From positions 930,001-994,000 of the forward strand of contig OZ037839.1 in the NCBI GenBank assembly GCA_964035575.1: 64,000 nt of DNA, in the 5' to 3' direction. The DNA comes from Rhynchopus sp. YZ270_cl-10 (taxonomy: Eukaryota). The notes beneath the pieces are model-generated. The model worked only from the letters and a program-made list of their open reading frames with translations, was not told where the DNA came from and made no database searches. Of the stretch, positions 37,115 through 49,258 are shown one piece after another (the first letter of the stretch is position 1; every line of letters begins with the position of its first letter). A program made the translations under genes and the position numbers.

Positions 37115-38253
37115 TGTTTCGAGTGAAGTGTTGCTCTGTTGTGGGGTGGTGTTGAGAAGGAGGAGGAGGGAGGCAAGATACAACAAAAATGCTTTCTTGT
37201 TTGTTTTTCACTCATCCACACACTGACACATATGTGGAGTGGAAAAGACTTTGGGCTGACAGGTTGTTCATAAAAAGTGGTGGGGACACTCCGGTTTGTC
37301 ACAGTTGTGCACCAAACCTGCCAAACCCTCCTGCTTGTCAGCTCTGTGGGCGTTTGTTAGTGTTGGCTGACAGTCGGCCATGGTGGGGGTGACAACGTGA
37401 TTCCATCACGTGGAAGTATAGAAGCACTGGAGCAAAACACCTTTGTTCCCTTGCGAATGCAAAACCACACAAAACAGCTCCCCACACCACAGCTTCAATA
37501 TTCTTCTCATCACACAACTGGAAAGGATACATAACATTTTACCCAAGCGTTCACAGGTTGATCCAAAAATGACCTTGTCCCTTTTGTCAAAATCTCTTTG
37601 TTTTCTCTTGGTCTATTTTCCCTGCATTTCTTATTCTCTTCTTTGTACTTTCTTTTGTTTTGGTTGTTGTTAGATACGCTCAATTGTGTATCGTATTCAG
37701 TGAAAATCGCGGAACTCCTTTTTTCATGTGTATCCATGGAAAGACAGTCTCTGATGTGATACCGCGGGGGAATTGAAAAAATGTGACGCATTCACGGCCT
37801 GTGCTAACGCATACCCAAATAGCACAGACGAAAGCTCCATCCACCTCACTGCCTCTCAGACAGTGCAAAGGGTGCTCGTGACCCAAGGTAGACCAAACCC
37901 GATAACACAAAAAACACAAGAAGACTTTCTATACACCCCCGTTCTCTATTTTGCTGTCGTCCTGCTCTTTGTTCATCGTATCCATCCTTTCTCTCTATTT
38001 TTGAAACCCCCAAAAGACCCGAAAACCCCGAAAAACCCTCATATTGAAAAAGTAAGGTGCTGAGACACAAAAGGGGGGAAGGGGAAACAGTAAGCCTCGT
38101 GACAGCCGAAAAACGTGCAGCTTCGAGGTCGCAGTGCACAGTCGCAGCTGGCGGCGTCACTCTGTGTGTCTCCGCCACTTGCGGGAATCCTCCTGTGATG
38201 CGCACTGCGTTTCGGGCGGGTTTCAACCACTGACTTCCTCTGCTGGCCGTTCC

Positions 38254-39501
38254 TCACTGCACTCGACACAACGTCGCTGCAGCCTGTCCCAGACTCTGAC
38301 CTTCCAAATGCCCTTGCTTGTCATGCTCCTGTTTGTCCAGTTCCTGCTTCTCCTCGTCTTCTTGTGCTTGCATCAAACCTTCTCCTTCTTGTCCTGCTTT
38401 CAATGCAATACATTGTCTTGCATCTCCAGACACGTCTGTTCGTACTGCCTCAAAAGCTTCTATCCGCACATCTTCGAACTGTTCCGTAAACCTTGCGTAA
38501 ATCTCACGCACACGTACATAGAAGGCCTCCTTGTAGGTGCTCATTCTAGGGTCTCCATTCGGGAGAGACAACATCTCGTCAATGTCGATGTTGCCTGGCA
38601 AGACGACTGTTGTGAGTGCGTTGCAGTTGAGCAGGAAGTCATCCTGGATCTCTGTGTCCCTGCCAAAACCTGACATGTCCAGCGTCGTCAAGGATGTGCA
38701 ATCTTGCAGGAAACACCTACCGATCAGCGTAACATTGCTCATTCCTGAAAAGTCTGCTGTTGTCAACGCGGAGCAGTCTTGCATCCAGCCGTCCTCAATG
38801 TGCGTGATTCTGCGCCATCCTGAGATGTCAAGACTTTCCAACGACCCGCAGTAGGCAAGAAAGTATTTACCAACCTTCGTCACACTCGTCATCTCGGATA
38901 AGTCAAGATTTGTGACACCACTTTCTTGGAGGAACCTGTTCCCTATCACCGTCACACCAGTGAACCCTGACACGTCAAGGCTTGTCAACGATGTGCAGTA
39001 AGAGAGAAAGCTATGCCCAATGTGCGTAACGTTGCACAATCCCGACAAGTCAACGGTTTCCACCGACCTACACCAGTAGAGGAAGCCGTCCTCAATTCGT
39101 GTCACACCAGACACAGCAGAGAGATCAAGTCTCGTAAACGATGCTTCGCACAAGAAGTAGTGCGGAATAACAGTCGCAACCTCCGCCTGAAGAAGCAGAG
39201 AAGCCACCTCAGGATCCCTCACAGTCGCCAACCTCGCTTCGGAAATGTCTGTCTCACCCAAGGCACGAAGTGTTTCAACAGATTGGTACTTGGTAGTTTT
39301 CGTCAACACGACTGTGTCTCCAGCACTCAGTTCTGTGATGTCCTCTCCTTCCTCCTTCCCTCCGAAGCCCATGCGGAAGCTGTCTTCGCACAACTCTGTT
39401 GCAGACGCCACCTTCTGCCGCATCGTCTCTGTTGTGTCGTTCTCACCCACCTCAATCACGTATTTGTTTTCATCATCATATCCCTGCACACACAGTTCCA
39501 T
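38254..39501 (-). CDS. UBL-LRR copy C (short form)
   Basis: Intact frame from MELCVQ; five LRR modules fewer than copy D; alternative acidic C-terminal tail. Confidence 0.88.
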   Translation of the reverse strand: MELCVQGYDDENKYVIEVGENDTTETMRQKVASATELCEDSFRMGFGGKEEGEDITELSAGDTVVLTKTTKYQSVETLRALGETDISEARLATVRDPEVASLLLQAEVATVIPHYFLCEASFTRLDLSAVSGVTRIEDGFLYWCRSVETVDLSGLCNVTHIGHSFLSYCTSLTSLDVSGFTGVTVIGNRFLQESGVTNLDLSEMTSVTKVGKYFLAYCGSLESLDISGWRRITHIEDGWMQDCSALTTADFSGMSNVTLIGRCFLQDCTSLTTLDMSGFGRDTEIQDDFLLNCNALTTVVLPGNIDIDEMLSLPNGDPRMSTYKEAFYVRVREIYARFTEQFEDVRIEAFEAVRTDVSGDARQCIALKAGQEGEGLMQAQEDEEKQELDKQEHDKQGHLEGQSLGQAAATLCRVQ

Positions 39502-39984
39502 TGTTTCGAGTGAAGTGTTGCTCTGTTGTGGAGTAAGTGTTGAGAAGGAGGAGGGAGGCAAGATACAACAAAATAGCTTTCTTGTTTGTTTTTCACTTAT
39601 CCCCACCCTGCCACATATGTGGAGTGGAAAAGACTTTGGGCTGACAGGTTGTTCACAAAAAGTGGTGGGGACACTCCGGTTTGTCAGAGTTGTGCACCAA
39701 ACCTGCCAAACCCTCCTGCTTGTCAGCTCTGTGGGCGTTTGTTAGTGTTGGCTGACAGTCGGCCATGGTGGGGGTGACAACGTGATTCCATCACGTGGAA
39801 GTATAGAAGCACTGGAGCAAAACACCTTCGTTCCCTTGCGAATGCAAAACCACACAAAACAGCTCCCCACACCACAGCTTCAATATTCTTCTCATCACAC
39901 AACTGGAAAGGATACATAACATTTTACCCAAGCGTTCACAGGTTGATCCAAAAATGACCTTGTCCCTTTTGTCAAAATCTCTTT

Positions 39985-40234
39985 GTTTTTTTTTTTTTTT
40001 TTTTTTTTTTTCACTGTAACCTACCATGGTAGGCGTGACGCTGACTACACGGTAATTATTGGTAGCCGCGCCACTGGTACTGCCTCTTGCTTAGTTTTGT
40101 TGTTGTGCTACTTAGCGGGGTTCCACACTGCGACGGGGCAGGGGGGACAGCTTCCCTTTTCCTCTTGGAGACACAGTCCGCACACCTCTCCCCAAGGTGT
40201 GGCAGAGCCTACTGACTCTGGGCTGACGACATGG
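39985..40234 (-). mobile_element. ~250 bp poly(A)-tailed retroposon
   Basis: Absent from the duplicated segment at ~37595; TTTGTTTT TSD; minus strand ends GGTTACAGTG(A)n. Confidence 0.88.
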
Positions 40235-40925
40235 TTTGTTTTCTCTTGGTCTATTTTCCCTGCATTTCTTATTCTCTTCTTTGTACTTTCTTTTGTTTTG
40301 GTTGTTGTTAGATACGCTCAATTGTGCATCGTATTCAGTGAAAATCGCGGAACTCCTTTTTTCATGTATATCCATGGAAAGACAGTATCAGATGTGATAC
40401 CGTGGGGGAATTGAAAAAAGGTGTCGTTGACAAAAAATAAACAACTGACGAGCTGCGTGAAAAAACGAGTGTTTCTATGTGTGTGATATTTTGTGGGGGG
40501 GGGGGGGATAACATATTGCAAACAAAGCTTGTTGCATTCCTACTCTCGTTTCTGCTGCACTCTCACTACCTTCCCACTCCATTCGGTTTTCTCTTACTTT
40601 ATAAAATAATATATTTTGGCCTCTGTGAAATATCAAGGACAATCGACACGAATAACGTGGTGTGGGAAATGCGGGATAACTGAGTGCTGCATAAAAAACA
40701 AAGTTGACTTGAAATACAAAGCCCTCTCGTGAACAGTGTACTTTAAACAAAACTGGAAAAAAAAAAGAGAGCGGGGGGAGAAAGGAGGATAAATGTTTCA
40801 TCCCCACCCCCTTACACTGCATAGCTCTGTTAAACTTGTAGTCATTTGGATTTTGCTTTTCGTTCTTCACACAAATCACCAAACCCCCCGAACCCCTCTG
40901 CTCATCCAGCTTGTCCTGCTCCTGT

Positions 40926-42476
40926 TTATGCTGCCCCCAACTCTCCAAATCCTCTTTTTTGTCCTCTTGTGCTTGCATCAAACCCTTCTCCTTCTTGTCC
41001 TGCTTTCAATGCAATACATTGTCTTGCACTTCCAGACACGTCTGTTCGTACTGCCTCAAAAGCTTCTATCCGCACATCTTCGAACTGTTCCGTAAACCTT
41101 GCGTAAATCTCACGCACACGTACATAGAAGGCCTCCTTGTAGGTGCTCATTCTAGGGTCTCCATTCGGGAGAGACAACATCTCGTCAATGTCGATGTTGC
41201 CTGGCAAGACGACTGTTGTGAGTGCGTTGCAGTTGAGCAGGAAGTCGTGCCGGATCTCTGTGTCCCTGCCAAAACCTGACATGTCCAGCGTCGTCAAGGA
41301 TGTGCACTCTCGCAGGAAACCACGATCAATCAGCGTAACATTGCTCAGTCCTGATAAGTCTGCTGCTGTCAACGCGGAACACCCTTGCATCCAGTTCTCA
41401 ATGTGTGTGATGCTGCGCAACACTGATAAATCAACTGCTTTCAATGATGTGCACCCGAGAAGAAACCCTGACCCAATAGCTGCGACATTGCCAAAAGCTG
41501 AGAAGTTAATGCTTGCCAGCGAGGTGCAGGTCCTCAGAAAGCAGTTACCCACCTTCACAACCCTGTGCAGTGCTGTCAAGTCAATCGTTTCCAACGAGGT
41601 GCAGCCCCTACAAAATTCGATCCCAATTTCCGTCACATTCGTCATCCCTGAAAAGCTGATGGTGGTCAACGACGAGCAGTAGCGGAGAAGCTCGGAGCCG
41701 ATCTTCGTGACACTGCGAAAAGCTGACAAATCAATGGTTGCCAACGAGGTGCAGTTCTGGAGGAAGCCGTCCTCAATGTGCGTGATTCTGCGCCATCCTG
41801 AGATGTCAATCCTTTTCAACGACCTGCAGTAGGCAAGAAAATCTGCACCAACCTTCGTCACACTCGTCATCTCGGATAAGTCAAGATTTGTGACGCCAGT
41901 TCCATGGAGGAACGACTCCCCTATCACCGTCACACCAGTGAACCCTGACACGTCAAGGCTTGTCAACGATGCGCAGTAAGAGAGACAGTCATGCCCAATG
42001 TGCGTAACGTTGCACAATCCCGACAAGTCAACGGTTTCCACCGACCTACAACTGTAGAGGAAGTGGTGCTCAATTCGTGTCACACCAGACACAGCAGAGA
42101 GATCAAGTCTCGTAAACGATGCTTGCGACAAGAAGAAGCCTGGAATAACAGTCGCAACCTCCGCCTGAAGAAGCAGAGAAGCCACCTCAGGATCCTTCAC
42201 AGTCGCCAACCTCGCTTCGGAAATGTCTGTCTCACCCAAGGCACGAAGTTCCTCAACAGATTGGTACTTGGTAGTTTTCGTCAACACGACTGTGTCTCCA
42301 GCACTCAGTTCTGTGATGTCCTCTCCTTCCTCCTTCCCTCCGAAGCCCATGCGGAAGCTGTCTTCGCACAACCCTGTTGCAGACGCCACCTTCTCCCGCA
42401 TCGTCTCCGTTGTGTCGTTCTCACCCACCTCAATCACGTATTTGGTATCATCATATCCCTGCACACACAGTTCCAT
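40926..42476 (-). CDS. UBL-LRR copy D (longest form, ~12 full LRR modules)
   Basis: Intact frame; UBL, LRR array and conserved C-terminal domain. Confidence 0.9.
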   Translation of the reverse strand: MELCVQGYDDTKYVIEVGENDTTETMREKVASATGLCEDSFRMGFGGKEEGEDITELSAGDTVVLTKTTKYQSVEELRALGETDISEARLATVKDPEVASLLLQAEVATVIPGFFLSQASFTRLDLSAVSGVTRIEHHFLYSCRSVETVDLSGLCNVTHIGHDCLSYCASLTSLDVSGFTGVTVIGESFLHGTGVTNLDLSEMTSVTKVGADFLAYCRSLKRIDISGWRRITHIEDGFLQNCTSLATIDLSAFRSVTKIGSELLRYCSSLTTISFSGMTNVTEIGIEFCRGCTSLETIDLTALHRVVKVGNCFLRTCTSLASINFSAFGNVAAIGSGFLLGCTSLKAVDLSVLRSITHIENWMQGCSALTAADLSGLSNVTLIDRGFLRECTSLTTLDMSGFGRDTEIRHDFLLNCNALTTVVLPGNIDIDEMLSLPNGDPRMSTYKEAFYVRVREIYARFTEQFEDVRIEAFEAVRTDVSGSARQCIALKAGQEGEGFDASTRGQKRGFGELGAA

Positions 42477-42689
42477 TGTTTCGAGTGAAGTGTTGCTCTG
42501 TTGTGGGGTGAGTGTTGAGAAGGAGGAGGAGGGAGGCAAGATACAACAAAATGGGGGGATAACATGCTCGAGAGACTCTTTACTCTTTGTTTGCTCAAAA
42601 GACTGCAAAGTGGGAAGAGAAAAACTAAGATTGTTTGTTGTTCGCTTCCAGGGTGCGTCAGCGGTGTGCCCGAGAGGCTGTTGTCTCCA

Positions 42690-43040
42690 AAGCTAGTCGT
42701 GCAGTGCGAAAGGAACCAGCTATCAATACGTCTGGCACTGCGAAGTGATGGCAATAGAGGGACGTCAACCCTGTGCACGAAAGAACCTTCTCCCGCATAT
42801 CACCAACCCCGCCAAAACAGTGAAAATTCTATTCAATTATTTCCAACGCGATGCAGCTTGAGGAAGCCTTTCCCAACCTCTGACACCGTACCACGTAGAT
42901 ACGTCCGGTCGTGTCAACACGCTGCAGTGCGAAAGCAACCAATGTCCAACAGGCACCACCCCTTCCAACCCAGGCAAGTCAAGCACTGTCCACTCGACGC
43001 CATAAAGACAATTACCCGATGGAAGTGACACTGCTCGCCT
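42690..43040 (-). pseudogene. Degenerate LRR remnant
   Basis: TVLDLPGLEGVVPVGHWLLSHCSVL and SARRIDSWFLSHCT fragments in shifted frames. Confidence 0.5.
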
Positions 43041-43133
43041 CAGCAACTCACCATACAGAGCAGTAGTGGACCCGAACGCCTGCAACCACCCCCACCCCAA
43101 CGACCAACAGCAAGGCTTGTGTGCACCCCCTCT

Positions 43134-46100
43134 CTACAGCACACATGTTCGTGCGTCGTGGAAGCTTTCCAGTGTCTCTGGAAGGCCATTGCGCACGCGT
43201 ATCTGACGTACCATGTCCGCTGCCGGTGTCTCAAGAGCAAGCGGGTCACCCGGGTACAACGCCCAATGATCAAAGACACTGCTCTGCACCGCCTGTAGCA
43301 AGGGAGCAGGTTGTGGGAGGGGAGGGGGAAAGGAGGAAAAACAGAAGTGTAAAGTGCAAAAACCTTCCTGCGTGCAGGAGACAATGGTGGCTGTACACAA
43401 AGACAGATAGTGCTAATGAAAAGCTTCACCGCTCTAGTTGTTGTGTCTTTTCCCCCCACTGAATTAGTGAATGTAGTGACTGTAAACTTCTAAACTGCAA
43501 AAGGGGAGGTGCACCGTACGTGGTTGTCTGCTTCTTATTGCCGGGGGCTTGATATTTGAAACAAAAAGCAACATATCTTATTTGCGCTCCTGGAACGTGC
43601 CATACCTGTCCCCCAGTTTTGTTGCGAAGCTCCGCAGAAAGCCCGATGGACTCTGTTGCAGGAAGGTGTGCACGGACCTGCAGGGAGAAGGGTAGAAAGA
43701 AAGATATCTAGACTCGCTCTATAAAGTGCATCTTGCACAGGTGGCAGTGCTGTTCTAACTATTTATCAAAAAAAAAGGGGGAAATAGAAACTAAACACTC
43801 ATCACACAAAAACCCCAAGGTTTGTGGTGAAACGCACACACCTCGACCTGTTTTGGTGAGGAGTGGCTCTGCAGCGCGGTTCGTCCCCAGAACCGCAAAG
43901 TCTGTTCAAAATGCTTTGTTTCTATTTCCTCCTTCATTTCATGAGACAACTAAAGAAAACTTTGTCCACGAAACGAGAGATAGGCGAGGAACGGCTGGTA
44001 ACGTGTACTCCACTCCAAAAAGTAAAAATAAAACCCCCTCAACTTCAGCCCTTTGATTCATACATTGAACATAGTACCACGGGTGCTCTCTCCAAGGACC
44101 GTGCATCTTCGTTGTTGCAGAGTTGTGTAGACGGAGTCGATTGATGTGAGTGTGGTGGTCACATCCAGACGGAAGATCGGCACCATCAACCGCGGCGCTG
44201 CCGTGAGAATGCAGGCACGCGCTGCACCCCGCATGGTGGGAATGATCTGTCCTGCACCACGGTGGATAGCATCTGCGTGCAACGTCGCATGCTCGATGTC
44301 CACCCGCACCCCTCTCATCACCTCCCCACACAACACACCCTCCCCCGTCAGCCACGTCCACGCCGCCCCAACTGAGTCTTTCAGCTCCTGCATATATTGC
44401 ACACCCTTCGTAACATCGACCACAACATTCGGCCCTCCGGCCGGCCCAAAGCACCATACCGGTGTTTTGTATGTCCCCTCTTCAATCTGTGTGCAGACAG
44501 CGTCTGGTAGAGGAAAGCCTTTGCAGTACAATACGTTGTGTCTGTTGGGTGACATTGCGGTGCATTGACGGTTGCTTGCTTCGGTGATGGTTTCGCGAAG
44601 TCGGATGGAAATATCGGAGACTGTAAAGCACGGTGCTTTGTAGTCTGCACTGCGAAGACGCGCCAGGCAGTGAAGTACCGCATCTTCTGTAGAACCGGCA
44701 ACCATGTGAACACCCGCTTCCGATACTGCAATGTCGGCAGTATGTTCACAACTCGCCGCCTTCTTCAGTGCATAAACCAAACGTGGAAGATCCTGAACCT
44801 CACACACAACCTCAGCCTGCACCACACTGACACCCCCTACATCGCTCTTCAACGGACACACCACCCCATCCGACACCGTTGCCCCCACCTTCACATTCAG
44901 ATCCAATGCACAAAGGTTCCCACAAACCAACCTCCCCACCGGATGATGCCATTTTCCAAACACCGCCACCATGCTTCCTTGCTTGATATGGTCTCTTCCG
45001 GCGCGAAGCTTTTCCCCGCGGGAGACTGTTCCGGAAAATACTCTGCCAAATGCGAAGAGACGTCCGTCATATGGGACAACAGATGCGATGAAGAGGGTGA
45101 GAGGTGCGGTGGGACTGCAGTGGCTGACACCGAGGTATCCGGGGTCGTGGATGTCAATGGTGCTGTCGTCGTAGAGCAGGGGTGTGCGGTAGGTCTGAGC
45201 CTCAAGGGGGGAGGGGAGGGCAGTGACAACAGCGTGGAGGAGCTGTTTGGAAGGCAGCAGTTTCTTGAGAATGGCTTGAAGACGGCGTGACGGGGTCAGG
45301 TCACGTTGTGTCCTGTTCACAGTGATCTTCAGACTGCGCAGCATCCGTGCCAGCTTCTCCTCCTTCCCATTCAACACCGCCTCCGCCAACCCCCACAACG
45401 GCTCCAAACAGAACTGACAAAACCCCCTCTCCCCGCTCCCCGAATCCTCCCCCCACCTCTTCGTCTTAGCATCATAGAAATGATCCCCCCAAATCCGGTT
45501 CAGAAGTTTGCTTTCATTCATCTCCAATTTCTTAGAATACAATCCCACAAAATCTTTCAGCGTAAACGACCAAGACCCGAGACCCGACCCAAAAACGACG
45601 TTACCGAGGGACGGATGGAGTTCGGTATGGGCATCATCATTGTAGAGTGAGGTGACGTCATTGGTGGAGGCAATGGTCCTAAGACAGCGCTGGTAGGTGG
45701 CTTCAGGGGTGCCAGAGGCGAGGGGGACATCAAGTTTGTTGAGCATAAGCAAGGGGCGGATGCGGAGTGCGAGGGCACTGCGCAGGAGTGTCGCGGTCTG
45801 TGTGGGGAGGGCGTCGCCTGGGAGCCTGTCTGTGGAGACAGCTTCGCATGAGGGGGTGTGGTTTGAGGTGCTGTCCCCATCACCCACGCTCACGACAATA
45901 ACAGCGCCGTCGCATATGCGCAGCGTGGTGTGCACACCATGTGCCACGTCCTCCTCACACAACCCAATCACATTAACCAAGAACCCCTCCCCATCATCGT
46001 AATGCAGACCGACGCTGGGTGACGGCTGGTCGTAGCGCTGAGGGGGTGGGGGTGGGGTGGGTGATGAGGACAAGCGGTTTTAAACAATAAAATTGATTGG

Positions 46101-46672
46101 GTTCTCTCTGTTGGCTTTTGTTATGCTTTTTTGCCGGAAAAAGGCATTGCGTTGAGAGGGTGACAGCGTACTTTTTGGTGCATTGAGCAGTAGATCGGGG
46201 TCCGCAACTTTTTTTTTTTTATTATTTATTTTCTTTTTGAGCAGCATACGTCTCGCGAGTCACAGCGACGGTCAATTATACGACCACGTGGCTCCGTAAT
46301 TGAATATTCTGCGGCAAGGCATTTGGCAAGGGTGCTCCGTCCGTGGCCAACATCGCCCAGGAAACAACTGCCAAGCAAGGGAAGGGGAAGGGGGTGTATG
46401 TGGAATTGTAAAGGTAAAAGACAAGCAAAGCAGAACACCACACCACCCTAACCCAACTGGAGGGCAGTTCGTCTGCCATGTCATCGAACCCCTCCTCCCC
46501 GAGCACCCAAAATATCCAAAATCTGCCAAACCTATTTGGCTGCCAACTCGTTTTTGGACCACTGTTACGCCACTGCTGCAGTACACCCAGGAAACCCGAG
46601 GACATACATATGACGACTGCGATCGGGACATTCCAACAAAGACTGCACATCTGCGGCACTCATTTCTGGCAT
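43134..46672 (-). CDS. Divergent eEF2 paralogue, 5 exons, copy 1
   Basis: Mirror copy of 59459-62969 with the same splice sites. Confidence 0.85.
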
Positions 46673-47469
46673 ATTTCCCCCACACAAAGACCCTTTGACT
46701 CTGAAGAAAAGGATAAGGGTAAGGATGTGCGCATCACCGTGCTTGGTCACAGAAAATGCAAGAGGGATGTGCCTCACGTAGCATGGACCACTGACGTGGT
46801 AGAGTAGAGTGACTGTACAGTGATCCAAGGTGTGTGTTGTGTGGCTTTTTAATAAAGGAGCACGTCTGGCTATGGGTCGCTTGTGTACCATCCATCTGCA
46901 TTCGTGAGGTGAGTAGTTACAAACTCGTTACCGTGAAGGACTGTTGTTGTTATCTTCATTGCAACGAGAGCAGCACTGATAAGCGAGCAAGAGAAGGGGT
47001 GTGGCACTAAAGGCTTTTGTTTTACTCAGTAGCGGGGGAGGGGTTGAGAAGGAGGAGGAGGGAGGCAGGATACAATAATAGTTATATACTCCAGGGAGAA
47101 ATTGAAGCTTTTTTTCCCCGAGGGGGGTGCAACTCCCAAGGATGTGTATTTCCCGAGCCGAAGGCGAGGGAAATACGAATCCGAGGGAGTTGGCACCCCC
47201 CAAGGGGAAAAATCTTCAATTTCTCCCAGGAGTTTGTAATTTTATTGCCTCCAAATAGTGCCGAAAGCCAAAATTTTAGGGGGTTTTGACCCACCGCGTG
47301 TGCACATCTGTTGGTGGGTGCTTGGGGTGCCGTACAAAAAGAAATGAAGCCGAAAACTAGGAGAGGAGGGTCTTTTTGTATGTCTGAATACTTTTGTTAG
47401 TGTTTTTTGTTGAGACGGCTGAAGTAACTCCAGATGGTGTTGACTTCAATTTCCGTTCTTCACGGGTTG

Positions 47470-47637
47470 CCTACGATCGTAGTACGATCTCTTACGATCG
47501 TAGCTCTTTTTTGATCGCACTACGATCGTACTACGATCAAAGTACGATCGTACGATCGTACTACGATCGTAAACGATCGTACTACGATCGTAACGATCGT
47601 AACGATCGTAGTACGATCGTAGTACGATCGTACGATC
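47470..47637. repeat. TACGATCG(TA) array
   Basis: About fifteen CGATCG-type palindromic units. Confidence 0.85.
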
Positions 47638-48827
47638 CTCCTTCTAAGGTGCTCGCTCTCCATACCTAGACCCTCGAATTTTTTTTTTTGCCCCTATATT
47701 GGGCTAATTTCGACGATTTGAGGCCATTAAAAGCAAAATTTGGCACTTTTGAGCATCTAGGGGGGTCTAAAACGCGGTTCCGCGAACCCAAAATTTCGTG
47801 ATTTTTACCAAAGACAAGTCGATTTTTGAAAAAATCTCAAAAAAAAAAATCCCAATTTTTTTTTTCACAAGTGTTTTGAGGCCTGCTCATTACACCCTAG
47901 GTACCCTTCTGGGACCAAAAAGTCAAAAAAAGCAAGAATTGGGCTGTTTTGAGCATCTAGAGTTAATTCCCCAGTCATTTTCTGTACCACCAGTGCATTT
48001 TGTATGGGCCAGCGCCTTGTCAAAAAATCGAAAAATCTCAAAAAAAAAAATTTTTTTTTCGGGAAAATTTCGACCCCTGAGTTGGGTTTTTGGGCACCAA
48101 AAAGTGCAAAAAAACGCAAAAATCGGGTGTTTTGACGATCTGGGGGTAAACCATATGCACTACTGCACAATATCGACTTTTCCTTAGCAAATTCCTTGGA
48201 GCAAGGATATCTCTAAATCCGTCCCTTTTTGGCCAAATTCCGAAATCCCAATCCAAAAAATTCCCTGTTTTTTTGGTTTTGTTTTTGGGCTGTTTTTTGA
48301 CTTTTTTGTGGGGGGGAAAAAAATTTTTCCCGATATGTCGTCAGGGCTCTCGCCGGGGTCATTTGGGGTCCCGAGCTTTCCCCCCGTAAAAGCGGTCGCT
48401 GCGCGCGCTTCGCGCGCGCGACTCCCTGCCAGTGCAGGGAGGCGTGGCGCTTTCTCCCCTCTGATGCACAAAGGCAGGTGGGGAGGGGTGAACCACAATC
48501 CGTAGTGTGTCAGCCTTATCAGTAACCTCGGTACATTTATGAAAGAAACGGCAGTCATGGCACCCAAAGGTTCCTGGCGAAGCCACGGTACGCAACATTT
48601 GAGATCTCCTCCGTCTTCCAACCCTCATAATTGAATGCGATTGACACGTCTTCTCCTTCTTCTTGTGCACAACCTCAAATGTCTCTGATGCTGGATGCTT
48701 GCCTGCAACTGACGTGAACATCCGCACCCACAACTACAGCAACCGCCTGCAGAGCCAATTTTTTCCTCAAAAATCCGGGACTTTTTTTTTTTTCCTTTTC
48801 CCCTTTTTTCGCTTTATTTGATCGCGT

Positions 48828-49027
48828 NNNNNNNNNNNNNNNNNNNNNNNNNNNNNNNNNNNNNNNNNNNNNNNNNNNNNNNNNNNNNNNNNNNNNNNNN
48901 NNNNNNNNNNNNNNNNNNNNNNNNNNNNNNNNNNNNNNNNNNNNNNNNNNNNNNNNNNNNNNNNNNNNNNNNNNNNNNNNNNNNNNNNNNNNNNNNNNNN
49001 NNNNNNNNNNNNNNNNNNNNNNNNNNN
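48828..49027. other. Assembly gap (200 N)
   Basis: Run of N. Confidence 1.
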
Positions 49028-49258
49028 TCCTCGGAGACCATGGTAACCACATACCCCAATGGGGCCTCAAGATAGATATGGTGGTCAGAGCGATTCGACT
49101 GTTGTGCTGAGGTCTATCTGGGGCTATCTTCTGGGGGAACTTCTGGAATGACTTTCCGTGTGGGTGCGACGATGTGGCAGGTTTCGTTCCTCTGAGGTCC
49201 GGTAATCATCACACATTTTCAGTCTACACTTTTCCCCAAAAAGCCCCACACACAAATA

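Larger units (their letters stand above)
42430..47075. repeat. Left arm of a ~4.6 kb inverted segmental duplication (partner ~59055-63670)
   Basis: Mirror-image ORF sets and near-identical sequence with small non-coding indels. Confidence 0.92.

Noticed and set aside
44146..46002. Antisense and alternative-frame ORFs over the eEF2-like, LRR and WD40 genes
   Set aside because: Shadows of the real coding strand.
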